Shown here piece by piece: positions 16,776 through 25,774 of a DNA stretch of 64,000 nucleotides. The position numbers were made by a program, and so were the translations under genes. The stretch is from the sequence record NC_133255.1. One strand, written 5' to 3'. The stretch comes from Escherichia phage vB_EcoS-26175I. Under the pieces are notes generated by a model that had not been told where the DNA came from, did no database searches, and saw nothing but the letters and a program-made list of their open reading frames with translations. Position 1 is the first letter of the stretch. Each line of letters begins with the position of its first letter.

Positions 16776-17072
16776 TTACTGAACATTGCACTGATATACC
16801 TGTTTGATACGTGTCACTGACTTCTTAGTTGGGTTGATAGAAGAACCCTGCCACCAACGTGATTCTGAGCTGAGAACAGCACCAGGAACAGCTTGTTCTT
16901 TTGGCAGAACAATATCAAAACACTGTTCACCCATATTATCTTTAATGTGCGACCAAATGTCTAGAGTAAATCGTTCTAGCTTATTACAAACTTGAACTTG
17001 ACAAAGTTCCTGTTGTGGAGCAGCAAATACAGAAGTAGATACTAGAGTCAATGCAAGTACAATGCGTTTCAT
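16776..17072 (-). CDS. secreted small protein (signal peptide)
   Basis: MKRIVLALTLVSTSVFAAPQ signal peptide; promoter 17103-17131. Confidence 0.35.
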   Translation of the reverse strand: MKRIVLALTLVSTSVFAAPQQELCQVQVCNKLERFTLDIWSHIKDNMGEQCFDIVLPKEQAVPGAVLSSESRWWQGSSINPTKKSVTRIKQVYQCNVQ

Positions 17073-17102
17073 ATTTGATTCCTCTCTCAAATTTATAAAT
17101 AT

Positions 17103-17131
17103 ATTATACAGAAATTTTCTATATTAAGCAA
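17103..17131 (-). promoter_or_regulatory. sigma70-type early promoter
   Basis: attata 17103-17108, aagcaa 17126-17131. Confidence 0.55.
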
Positions 17132-17139
17132 GTGAAAAT

Positions 17140-17170
17140 TTCTGTATAATAGCCCTCGCTTAGAGGGCTA
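17140..17170 (-). terminator. hairpin downstream of pnuC
   Basis: stem agccctc / gagggct, loop gctta. Confidence 0.4.
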
Positions 17171-17178
17171 TAGCTACT

Positions 17179-17871
17179 TTATTTGTTAACGCGTACAAAG
17201 TATCCTTTATAGGCTCCCATAATAGAGTTACCTAAGAATACTAGCCACATTGCTAGGATTGCATAAGATGCACCTGTAGATTGAGTAGTTACAAGCCAAA
17301 TGTACACAGTACCAATGTTAATAGCAATCCAGATCAGCCACTGCTCGGCATACTGCTTAACCATAAGCCACATAGCGATCACACTACCTACCGCAGTAAA
17401 TGCATCCAACATTGGGAATGGATCAGCCGTAGTAGCTAAGAAACTACCATACCCTAACGTGGCTACTGCTAGAATCCCTAGAGTCAGCAGAGCTTGGACT
17501 TTAGTCAGAATCTTAGTTGGAACATCTGGCAGATTACTTGGCTTATTTTTATGCCATAAGTACATTCCATAAAACTGCATAGGAACGTAGTATAGCAGGT
17601 TTAGTGCAGCGTTACCATAAAGATCTGCGTTTAAAGCTGTAATACCATAGGTAAGAACACCAACTAAGCCCCAAATATAGTTAGAAACACGTCCTTTAGC
17701 AACCAAAATAACACAAACTACGTTGGTTATCGCAGTAGCCCAATCTAGAGCTGTACCATTATAGTTTGCTAAACTAATAAAGGCGACTGCCATAAACAGC
17801 CACAGATATTCCAAAGGTTTCCAGTTTTTAAAGTCATTTACAAGATAGTTAGTCATATTAAAACTCTCCAA
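17179..17871 (-). CDS. pnuC: nicotinamide riboside transporter PnuC-like membrane protein
   Basis: 230 aa polytopic membrane protein, Trp-rich TM helices, immediately downstream of the NadR-like gene. Confidence 0.6.
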   Translation of the reverse strand: MESFNMTNYLVNDFKNWKPLEYLWLFMAVAFISLANYNGTALDWATAITNVVCVILVAKGRVSNYIWGLVGVLTYGITALNADLYGNAALNLLYYVPMQFYGMYLWHKNKPSNLPDVPTKILTKVQALLTLGILAVATLGYGSFLATTADPFPMLDAFTAVGSVIAMWLMVKQYAEQWLIWIAINIGTVYIWLVTTQSTGASYAILAMWLVFLGNSIMGAYKGYFVRVNK

Positions 17872-18913
17872 CGTTAAAGTGATGAATCAGCCAGTCTACT
17901 GCGTTTACTGCTTCGTCCATACGAACTTTGTAGTCCGGGGAGTCGATGTAAACAGTACGTCCTTCAGGGAACTGATTTGGAAATTCTTTCTTCATCTGCT
18001 CGAACAGTTCAGAAGTAATTGAACGATCGGAGTTAATACGTAAACCATCATCTACCCACTTGACAGTAGGCGCTAGAACAATTACTAAATCGTAATGTTC
18101 TTCTTTTGCAATTGCTGTAACCACAGGATTCTTACGATGTTCATAAAGTCTGTGGTAGAACTCAGTAATAAAAGCATTTGTATCCACAAACATGATCTTA
18201 TTTGCAGTACGTTCTGCTTCAAACTCTAGCTCTTTGTGTCTGAACGCAATTTTACTATAATCTTCGCTGGTAAGCAGATTTTCGTTACCAACTAGATCAA
18301 CTTCACAATACGTTCGACCATATTCTTCTACCCACGAAGTGTTGTATAGCTTCGCAAGGTATTTTGTTAAAGTAGTCTTTCCCGAGCTTTCAGTCCCAAT
18401 GAGTACAACCTTACGCACGTAATCTTTACGAACTACGCTAGGAAGAAACTCCCAATACTTCATAAGATCATTACGAATCATTGTAGCTGAGATTGGAACA
18501 CGAGTCCGATCAGAATCTACAATATAATGACCAAACTTCGGCAGATATTTCTTATATTCTGCATCATAGTCTAGTTCGCTAGAGAAAATGGTGATCTCAG
18601 GCAAATGTCCATAATTTTCATTAAGGATTCTAGCATATTCCGGCCAACCATTCGGATATTCAGGAATATCATCTTCAATAATGTACTCTACCGAAACGTG
18701 CTCAATATCCGCGTAAGTTTGTTCTAACCAACGAAGACGATTCTTTAACTGTAATACTTCCTGATCACGTGTGTTCTGCTTATCCAGCCAACGATTATCA
18801 TGACTAACTACAATAATAACTCGTTCACACATAGTTGCTGCTGTGTTTATTAGGTTAATATGACCACGCGTTAATGGTGCGAACTTACCAATTACTAGAC
18901 CAGTCTTAATCAT
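17858..18913 (-). CDS. nadR: NadR-like bifunctional NMN adenylyltransferase / ribosylnicotinamide kinase (no HTH domain)
   Basis: N-terminal nucleotidyltransferase motif GKFAPLTRGH; C-terminal Walker A GTESSGKTT; Met start at 18913 with SD and promoter 18944-18972. Confidence 0.75.
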   Translation of the reverse strand: MIKTGLVIGKFAPLTRGHINLINTAATMCERVIIVVSHDNRWLDKQNTRDQEVLQLKNRLRWLEQTYADIEHVSVEYIIEDDIPEYPNGWPEYARILNENYGHLPEITIFSSELDYDAEYKKYLPKFGHYIVDSDRTRVPISATMIRNDLMKYWEFLPSVVRKDYVRKVVLIGTESSGKTTLTKYLAKLYNTSWVEEYGRTYCEVDLVGNENLLTSEDYSKIAFRHKELEFEAERTANKIMFVDTNAFITEFYHRLYEHRKNPVVTAIAKEEHYDLVIVLAPTVKWVDDGLRINSDRSITSELFEQMKKEFPNQFPEGRTVYIDSPDYKVRMDEAVNAVDWLIHHFNVGEF

Positions 18914-18943
18914 GTTTGATTCCTCTCTCAAATTTATAAATAT

Positions 18944-18972
18944 ATTATACAGAGAATTTAGCATTCAAGCAA
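18944..18972 (-). promoter_or_regulatory. sigma70-type early promoter driving nadR-pnuC
   Basis: attata 18944-18949, aagcaa 18967-18972. Confidence 0.55.
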
Positions 18973-19110
18973 TCGAATTTTTAAACTTTTTAGTGGAAAA
19001 ATCTCAAGGCATTTAGTGGTAGCACGTTGTTGCTGCAATAATAGTATATGATTCTAAAGAATTAAATACTAAAGACCTTAGTTGAATAACTTATGGGATT
19101 TTCTTTTACC

Positions 19111-19152
19111 TTAAATACAGAAAAGCCCGCGCTCTCGGAGGAAACGCGGGCT
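19111..19152 (-). terminator. rho-independent terminator downstream of SPFH gene
   Basis: stem agcccgcg / cgcgggct followed on minus strand by tttctgtattt. Confidence 0.55.
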
Positions 19153-19176
19153 TGTTTCGAAGATTACGTGGAACTA

Positions 19177-20121
19177 TTACTTATTACGCATATCCATAAT
19201 CATTTGACCATCGTAGCCAGTACCGACAACAGTCTGCGGTACACCACCTTGGTATTTTTCAGCACGAAGCATTTCAACTTCCAGCTGCTTCCAACGAATC
19301 ATTTCAGGAGTAATGGTACGTTGCAGAGCGGCGTTAGCTTCAGCTTCTTTCTTAGCTGCGTACAGTTTAGCATCTGCGTCACGTTCGTTAGCTACTGCCA
19401 TGTTTTCACGAGCGGAACGATCTGCCTCAGCTTGCTTAACTTTCTGCTGTGCTTCTTGTTCAACACGAGCCAGTTCAGCTTTTGCAGCGTTAACTTGTTC
19501 TTCACGAACTTTAGTGTTCTGTACCTGTTCCATGATTACCGGTGGCAGAGTAATATCCTGAAGGAATACTTGCTTAACCGTGTAACCATAAGGACGCGCG
19601 TACTCTTCTACCTCTTGCTGAATAGCAGTTTGCAGTTGAGCCTGAATCTTAGCGTCGAACAGATCTTGTGCTTTTGGTACGGACTTACCAAACTCACGAA
19701 TCGTAGACAGCATCTTCTCTTCAACGTATTTGTTCAGAGCCTGATCCTGAGTACCTGCGTTAACACGGTTCATAGGAGCTTTAGCACCATCAAACTGCAA
19801 CATAACGGTAATGTCAACAGTAGACTTAAACTTATCCTGGCTAGGAACCTGAAGTTTATCCAGTTTCATGGAAATATCTTTCGTACTAAAAGTATCAAAA
19901 GAAGCAAATGGGTTAACAATATGGAAGCCTGGCAATACAGGATTAGGGCTAACTTTACCCAGGAAGGTTTGAGTCTTAACAGTACCATCCTGAACAACTG
20001 TATAGGAATTGAGAGCCAGAATAAGAGCACCAAGACCAACAGCAGCACCAACACCCCAACGTTTAATAGTACGAATTACTTTTTGCTCAGAAGTCAGTTC
20101 TTTAGTGTTTTTAGTAAACAT
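19177..20121 (-). CDS. SPFH/band-7 (prohibitin/HflC-like) membrane protein
   Basis: N-terminal TM, SPFH-like core, C-terminal Ala/Glu/Gln-rich coiled coil; terminator hairpin 19111-19152 downstream. Confidence 0.65.
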   Translation of the reverse strand: MFTKNTKELTSEQKVIRTIKRWGVGAAVGLGALILALNSYTVVQDGTVKTQTFLGKVSPNPVLPGFHIVNPFASFDTFSTKDISMKLDKLQVPSQDKFKSTVDITVMLQFDGAKAPMNRVNAGTQDQALNKYVEEKMLSTIREFGKSVPKAQDLFDAKIQAQLQTAIQQEVEEYARPYGYTVKQVFLQDITLPPVIMEQVQNTKVREEQVNAAKAELARVEQEAQQKVKQAEADRSARENMAVANERDADAKLYAAKKEAEANAALQRTITPEMIRWKQLEVEMLRAEKYQGGVPQTVVGTGYDGQMIMDMRNK

Positions 20122-20132
20122 ATATTTCCTTA

Positions 20133-20333
20133 TTATTTAGAAGAGTTATCTACTACAGTTACTTTAGTTGCAGAAATAAATAGGCTAGCATCCACAGCAA
20201 ATTCAGGAGCTTTGATATCTCCATTATGAAATATGACTATACCGGAGACTACTTCAAATGCTAGTGCTGTAACATCGGTGGTCTTTAGTTGTGAATGTTC
20301 ACCTACTACTTTTACTATATATCGTGTTTTCAC
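20133..20333 (-). CDS. hypothetical protein
   Basis: 66 aa ORF. Confidence 0.3.
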   Translation of the reverse strand: MKTRYIVKVVGEHSQLKTTDVTALAFEVVSGIVIFHNGDIKAPEFAVDASLFISATKVTVVDNSSK

Positions 20334-20359
20334 TTTATTTTCCTAGCAGTTAATAAAAT

Positions 20360-20434
20360 TGGCCGAGGTGACAGGATTCGAACCTGCATAAAGGAATTTA
20401 GAAGACTCCTGCCTATCCCTTAGACTACACCCCG
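20360..20434 (-). tRNA. tRNA-Arg (anticodon TCT)
   Basis: T-arm acagg-attcgaa-cctgc; anticodon stem ggaat/actcc (one GU); loop ctTCTaa. Confidence 0.65.
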
Positions 20435-20442
20435 AGAATAAA

Positions 20443-20952
20443 TTACTTAATGATTTCGTTCAGTTTGGTTTGGCTTTCTAGCGCTGCTTTAGCTGATTTC
20501 TCAGCATCCCTAGCAGCACGTCGTGCTTTAGAGTCAATCAATAGCTTGTCATACTTGATATTAACGAACTCTTTAATATCATGGTAGAAACGTTGATGTG
20601 CCATGTATTCTTGTGCATCTGCATCGTAACAGCGCATATAGAAGTAATCACTAGGCTCTCCACGAAGTGTACGCTCTAGAATCTGAGGTCGATAACGACG
20701 TAATGTATCTTTCGCCATTTTTATTTCATCAGTTTCTTCACCAAGCTGAACTAGGTGATAAAGACGAGTATTGTCGATGTAATCCAAAGCTACGCTAAAG
20801 TATTCACCTTCTCGAAGATTGTATCCTGTAATCTCACTCATTTTCTCACGAGCTTGATCAAGTGTCAGGCGTTCTGGAAAATGTGCTATATGCAGAATAC
20901 GAGGGCAACACATTTCTTGATGATCAAAGATACAAGTTGTTCCTAGATTCAT
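20443..20952 (-). CDS. hypothetical protein
   Basis: 169 aa ORF downstream of the 1-kb ORF-poor region. Confidence 0.4.
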   Translation of the reverse strand: MNLGTTCIFDHQEMCCPRILHIAHFPERLTLDQAREKMSEITGYNLREGEYFSVALDYIDNTRLYHLVQLGEETDEIKMAKDTLRRYRPQILERTLRGEPSDYFYMRCYDADAQEYMAHQRFYHDIKEFVNIKYDKLLIDSKARRAARDAEKSAKAALESQTKLNEIIK

Positions 20953-21921
20953 ATTGATTCCTTTTGTTAGGTATTTTTAAGAACTCTCGTAAAAGTCCTT
21001 AAAGATACCCGGCGGTAGGTAGGGTCAGCCCCCTCAGATTAAGCTCTGCAGCCCTTCCGTCAGACAATATCTTCCAGTTTAAGTCAGGGTGACTTTGTGG
21101 TTATTCAGCTAAGGCTGATCGGCAGCTCTTAGGTCATGACTCCTCGTCGCTCTTTACTCACCGGCTAGGAAGTTATCTCGAGTTCTTCCTAGCTCTTTAG
21201 TCGTGCCATTAAGGTGCCTTCTAAGAGACTTACCTTTTCCCACTTTCGATTTGGGCATGTATCAGGTAAGGGTAGCCAAATCAGCATCCTAGTCCTACGG
21301 GGTCTCATCAAATTACATACCACCGCTTTTCGATATGTAATGCCCATGTCTATACGGGAGAAGAAAATGGGCATCTTTCTCTTCGTCTGATAGCTTGAAA
21401 AACGACTCCTCATGGAGGAAAAACTTCACTATCTAGGCTAAAGCCTAAAGTTCTTCTTTAATCCGGCAAAGCAAAACCGTAGTATATACTTTTCAGGAAT
21501 GGTTGGTTAGTCTGGAACCAACTACCGCGTGGTTTTGGCAGTGCACAGCTGCCTGCGATTGCTTCGCCATTAGAAGCACCAGTTATCCAACTCTTTCCGA
21601 CCGTGGGACTCGAACCCACATCTTCAGGCGGTGAAGCCCTAATAATACCTATTATACTAGGACGGCAGTGTTGTTACATAAGTGGTTTCGGCACCCCACT
21701 AACATAAACTAGAGAAGAGTTTACGAGATTTCGGGACAGCTCCCGAGTTTTCCGCAGATTTTCAGTTCCCTATCAATAGCAATAAGCGTTAGCTCGTAGC
21801 CTCTCTCAGAGTACTTACTAGTCTCCAACTCACCGACTCTATTCAGTGGAATAGCTATCCTAGTAGGAGTCACTAAACTCACTCAGCGTAATCGGCTCGC
21901 TGTTCTCTAATTTATGAATCT

Positions 21922-21950
21922 ATTATACAGAATTTTGAAGCGTTTAGCAA
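21922..21950 (-). promoter_or_regulatory. sigma70-type early promoter reading into the 1-kb ORF-poor region
   Basis: attata 21922-21927, tagcaa 21945-21950. Confidence 0.5.
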
Positions 21951-21958
21951 ATCAATTT

Positions 21959-22393
21959 TTAATTAAATTCGCCAGCAACCTGAGCAGCAACTTTACCCTC
22001 GTAACGACCAGGAAACTCTTCCTTAATCGCTTTCATTAGCTGGCCTTTAGTGATTCCAGAATTTAATTTAACCAGTTCGGCAAAGTAATTACGAATCTGT
22101 ACTTCTGATAACTGCTCTAACGCGTATTCGTATTCTAGACCCGCTAACAGATCGAGATATTCAGCATCCGGAGTATATTCAATGTTTGCCTTTTCAGCAG
22201 CCGCCTGAGTATTTTCGATTGCTTTGAACTGCGATTTAATCCAGTTAGTAAATTCTAACTTAGTTACGCAGTCCTTATCAATACGCTGCAAGTCACCTAA
22301 AATCGTACTTAGGTGCTTAACCGACACAGTGTCACCACGTTTGCGAGCAGCTTCAATCAACTCTCGCAGTACACGAATCATATTCGTACCCAT
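21959..22393 (-). CDS. hypothetical protein
   Basis: 144 aa ORF. Confidence 0.4.
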   Translation of the reverse strand: MGTNMIRVLRELIEAARKRGDTVSVKHLSTILGDLQRIDKDCVTKLEFTNWIKSQFKAIENTQAAAEKANIEYTPDAEYLDLLAGLEYEYALEQLSEVQIRNYFAELVKLNSGITKGQLMKAIKEEFPGRYEGKVAAQVAGEFN

Positions 22394-22584
22394 TATTTTA
22401 TTCCTAATGCTTGGTTAAAAGATTGTTCTGTCATAACTGCTGAGACTTTGGCGAAATCAAACTTCTTAGGATTTGTAGTAATTTCAGCAACGTTAGTAGT
22501 TTTAACTGTTTTCGTAGTACGAATACCGTGAGTGTTAACACCAATAATTACAACTGATTTCATATTTCGCTTTCCTCTCATCAA
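22393..22584 (-). CDS. hypothetical protein
   Basis: 63 aa ORF; promoter 22596-22624. Confidence 0.3.
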   Translation of the reverse strand: MMRGKRNMKSVVIIGVNTHGIRTTKTVKTTNVAEITTNPKKFDFAKVSAVMTEQSFNQALGIK

Positions 22585-22595
22585 TTTATACAGTT

Positions 22596-22624
22596 ATTAT
22601 ACAGAAATTTAAGGCTTTAAGCAA
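22596..22624 (-). promoter_or_regulatory. sigma70-type early promoter
   Basis: attata 22596-22601, aagcaa 22619-22624. Confidence 0.5.
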
Positions 22625-22632
22625 TCGAATTT

Positions 22633-23100
22633 TTAAGTTTTCTTAACCACAGGCTTGTAGAACGTATGGCCTTGAATCTTCGTTGTTTTCTTAAACTTCT
22701 TTGTCCAGTACGGTTTATCTTTACCACTATGGAAGTATAACGCTCCATGTGTTGGATCTTGTGGTAAATCAACGTAGTATATCACTCTAGCTAAATTCTT
22801 AGCAACTTGCCAAGCCTCATCGGTTTTATCAACTTTTGGTCTCTTGGCCACCCAAGAGAACTGGTTAGACTGATATACTACTTTACAGTAAGAATCAGGA
22901 AAAGTACCAGAGTTAACACGGTTTTTAGTAACCTGTGCAACTGCGATCATTCCTTTAGTGCCCTCACCTCGTGCTTCGAAGTAGATATTTTTTGCAATGC
23001 AATCAATCTGCTTTGAGTCGTAGGTCGCATGACTATTGAAGCTATAGGTTAGGGCAGCTATTAAAAGCAAAGCTGCCTTCATTTTATTTACTCCGGCCAA
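22633..23100 (-). CDS. SleB-like cell wall hydrolase
   Basis: signal peptide; NIYFEARGEG...AVAQVTKNRV...QFSWV matches SleB/Hydrolase_2 signature. Confidence 0.7.
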   Translation of the reverse strand: MAGVNKMKAALLLIAALTYSFNSHATYDSKQIDCIAKNIYFEARGEGTKGMIAVAQVTKNRVNSGTFPDSYCKVVYQSNQFSWVAKRPKVDKTDEAWQVAKNLARVIYYVDLPQDPTHGALYFHSGKDKPYWTKKFKKTTKIQGHTFYKPVVKKT

Positions 23101-23405
23101 TCGTACTCAATACGATTAGGGCTTTCTTGATACCCTTCGTCAAGCAAATCATTGCGCATGTTCTGCTTAGCTACAGGGTTCGAGGTTACTAGTACCACTT
23201 TCTTGGGTCTCTGACCAAATTCTAGGAGTAAACGAAGAATTTGATAACCTTCCATACCATCTACAGCCAGATCGTTATCCATATAAACGAAATGACCCGT
23301 GGTATCGGTTGTATTCAGAAACTCAATAGCGGCTTCGGGGGTTCGAATGATAATGTCCATTCCATGGAGGTTACGCACATCATCAATCAGAATATGAAAA
23401 ATCAT
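23088..23405 (-). CDS. hypothetical protein
   Basis: 105 aa ORF; promoter 23435-23464. Confidence 0.35.
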   Translation of the reverse strand: MIFHILIDDVRNLHGMDIIIRTPEAAIEFLNTTDTTGHFVYMDNDLAVDGMEGYQILRLLLEFGQRPKKVVLVTSNPVAKQNMRNDLLDEGYQESPNRIEYDWPE

Positions 23406-23434
23406 AATAGCCTCGTCTCATCAATTTAAAAATA

Positions 23435-23464
23435 TATTATACAGATAATTAAACTGTTTTGCAA
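23435..23464 (-). promoter_or_regulatory. sigma70-type early promoter
   Basis: attata 23435-23440, ttgcaa 23459-23464. Confidence 0.5.
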
Positions 23465-23845
23465 ATACATTTTTAGATTGAGAGAACTAGTAAACCGATA
23501 AACAGCCTAGAGGCGCCACAGGCCATATCTTATGAGCCATGTACCTTTGATCTAGGGTTTGAATCATCAACGAATACTTTGCATCTTTTAGCTTTAGAAG
23601 GTTAGAAGTTTGAGTGCTTTTAACTTTTCAGCTTTCATACTTGAGCGTTGATCTTTGAAGTTGTGTTGGTACTACCAACGACCGTTTTTACAGTTCAGCT
23701 TAAGAGGCTGGTGTAATAAACATAATCTCCAATAGATTATACTTTATAGTATGGTCAGCGGTCTTATTTAACCTCGTATTTCAACCGCTGCTGCGAGGTA
23801 AGATGCTTGGGCTTTCGTCTACCGATTTACTAGTCTTTTAAATTA

Positions 23846-24484
23846 TTACTCTACTTCGATAAAAGTAGAGGCGTTGGACTCAGACAGAACAAAGTCAACG
23901 TTGGTTGCAAAGTCCTGGTATTCTTCGTCGTGTTGCTTGATCAGCTTTTCCAGCTCCAGTGGATCGATCAGGAACGGAGTGTTCTTGAGTTCCAGCAGGT
24001 TAAGCTGCATCTTAACTTCATCCTCGGAAGTCTTCTTGTCGCGGGTAGCCATGGTATCCTGCAAACGCTCATACTTAGCATCAAACTGAGCTTTCTGAGT
24101 GTTAAACTTAACAGTAGCAGCATGGAACTGCTTACGCATGTTAGCCAGCAACTGAGCTTTGAGTTCCATAGAACGCTTAGCTTCGATTGCTTCCGCAACA
24201 GTCATAGAGCGCGAACCGATCTCTACAACAGTTTCAGCATTGCTCTTGATCAGCGCAGCTTTCAGACGATCACGCTGGGACATCATATCCAGCAGAGACT
24301 GGAAATCAGTCTTAATACGGGTAGACAGAGCATCTACTTCGATTGCAGCGCCAACGACAACTTGGTTCTTGTCCTTACCTTCACCAACAGCGATCAAAAG
24401 CTGTTGTTCAGTAGCTTTACGGATTTTAGCTTCCAGAGACTTGATAGTTGCCAGAGCACGAGTTTTAGAGATACGAGTAGTCAT
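23846..24484 (-). CDS. hypothetical coiled-coil protein
   Basis: 212 aa ORF. Confidence 0.4.
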   Translation of the reverse strand: MTTRISKTRALATIKSLEAKIRKATEQQLLIAVGEGKDKNQVVVGAAIEVDALSTRIKTDFQSLLDMMSQRDRLKAALIKSNAETVVEIGSRSMTVAEAIEAKRSMELKAQLLANMRKQFHAATVKFNTQKAQFDAKYERLQDTMATRDKKTSEDEVKMQLNLLELKNTPFLIDPLELEKLIKQHDEEYQDFATNVDFVLSESNASTFIEVE

Positions 24485-24538
24485 TATTTGCTTCCTTATA
24501 TGAAGTTTGAGATTTGAATTTGTTTTAAAAACGGTCTA

Positions 24539-24721
24539 TTACAGACCGATTGCCAGCATAGTGCGCAGAACAGTATCAGAACTGTTATCAATATTCGGAT
24601 TGGCGCGATTCAGTACGTTAAAGATTTTCTGGATGCCGGACTGACGTTCAGCCATACGACGCAGACCCAGGTTACGTTTTGCTACTTTACCATTTTTACG
24701 GACGTTTTTAGATACTGGCAT
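24539..24721 (-). CDS. small basic protein
   Basis: 60 aa Lys/Arg-rich; promoter 24762-24790. Confidence 0.3.
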   Translation of the reverse strand: MPVSKNVRKNGKVAKRNLGLRRMAERQSGIQKIFNVLNRANPNIDNSSDTVLRTMLAIGL

Positions 24722-24761
24722 AATTATTTTCCTTTTGTTGTTCTCTCAAATTTATGAATAT

Positions 24762-24790
24762 ATTATACAGAATTTTGGAGCTGAAAGCAA
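24762..24790 (-). promoter_or_regulatory. sigma70-type early promoter
   Basis: attata 24762-24767, aagcaa 24785-24790. Confidence 0.5.
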
Positions 24791-24791
24791 A

Positions 24792-25493
24792 TCAAATTTT
24801 GATTTTTTCGATCATGACGGCTACACAATAACTTTCAACTAAAGCATCGAATGCTGGATCATGCTTCACAGGATAGATTCCATAACGAATGGTGTCCATC
24901 TTTTCCATTTTAGCTTTTGCCCAGCTAGCACCTTCGGCTTCTAGATCTTTATAGCTATAACCAGCTTGCATCCACTGATTACGGAAAGATCGAACGTTAC
25001 CTAAGTTCCAGAATTTCCACGGAACTATTTCTTCATGAGTTCCGGCATGGAACGTATTTGCAGAGTAGATTGTCATATCAAACTCTGGGCCATTGCCGTA
25101 ATACAGAGCATTATCTCCTAGAGACAATTCCATAATGTTCTGAGCCATAGAGAAGGCAGCATAATTAGAGCCTACGTCATTAGTGCAGTGATGCTTACCA
25201 TCACGGAAGGCAATCAGTTTAGGATTACGATCATTTAGAGCCTCCATAATATGGAGCGCAGATGGACTGTTTTTAGCTTGATCCATCCAGAATGCAATAG
25301 TAGAGGCAGTTACCTTAGCACCCGCATTAAGCTGATCTTGAACGTCTAGAGTAACGAATACCAGATCAGGATCTTTATCAATTCCGTGCATCGCTACAAA
25401 AGCGAAAGAAGGCATTGCAATATGAGTAGTACCGCAATTTCCTGGAGTACCTAGAGATTCAATGTCCAGCATACCAAAGGGCTTGAATTTCAT
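24792..25493 (-). CDS. DEDDh-type 3'-5' exonuclease (DexA-like)
   Basis: Exo I motif MLDIESLG and Exo III-like HDPAFDAL. Confidence 0.5.
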   Translation of the reverse strand: MKFKPFGMLDIESLGTPGNCGTTHIAMPSFAFVAMHGIDKDPDLVFVTLDVQDQLNAGAKVTASTIAFWMDQAKNSPSALHIMEALNDRNPKLIAFRDGKHHCTNDVGSNYAAFSMAQNIMELSLGDNALYYGNGPEFDMTIYSANTFHAGTHEEIVPWKFWNLGNVRSFRNQWMQAGYSYKDLEAEGASWAKAKMEKMDTIRYGIYPVKHDPAFDALVESYCVAVMIEKIKI

Positions 25494-25523
25494 AATTATG
25501 TCCTTTATTGTTGTAGAAAACTA

Positions 25524-25736
25524 TTAAAGAGCTGTCTCTTTAATAGACTCCCACTGTTTGGGGTCTTTCAGAGGAAGTTCCTCTTCTTCAAACAGGTCTA
25601 TTCCACTTTCGTTAACATCCCAATTTTCTTCCATGATCTCTTCTAGAAGCTCATGTTTAGAAAGACGAGTGTAGTCTCTAGCAGATTTATGAGTGCTAGC
25701 ACGGTTAAAATCATTCTTTGCAACGAAGTTACGCAT
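25524..25736 (-). CDS. hypothetical acidic small protein
   Basis: internal Met start avoids intergenic hairpin 25752-25767. Confidence 0.3.
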   Translation of the reverse strand: MRNFVAKNDFNRASTHKSARDYTRLSKHELLEEIMEENWDVNESGIDLFEEEELPLKDPKQWESIKETAL

Positions 25737-25774
25737 AGTTTCTCCAAATAAGAGGGGCTTTCGCCCCCTGCATA

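Noticed and set aside
19093-20229. Plus-strand 378-aa ORF
   Set aside because: Entirely antisense to the SPFH gene, with low-complexity Leu/Ser/Phe-rich translation typical of a reverse-strand artefact in AT-rich DNA.
21596-21640. Possible tRNA gene suggested by a perfect T-arm
   Set aside because: No matching acceptor stem, D-arm or canonical anticodon loop could be built, so it is reported only as part of the ORF-poor region finding.
20953-21958. Group I intron as explanation for the ORF-poor structured region
   Set aside because: The region is not embedded in a recognisable interrupted gene and no flanking exon halves are apparent; kept as an unclassified structured-RNA candidate.
23930-24517. 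Plus-strand ORFs antisense to 23846-24484 (also 26290-26862, 57295-58002, 60046-60624, 49112-49621, 38454-38813)
   Set aside because: Each is embedded antisense within a longer ORF that has clear start signals or homology; no independent start signals.
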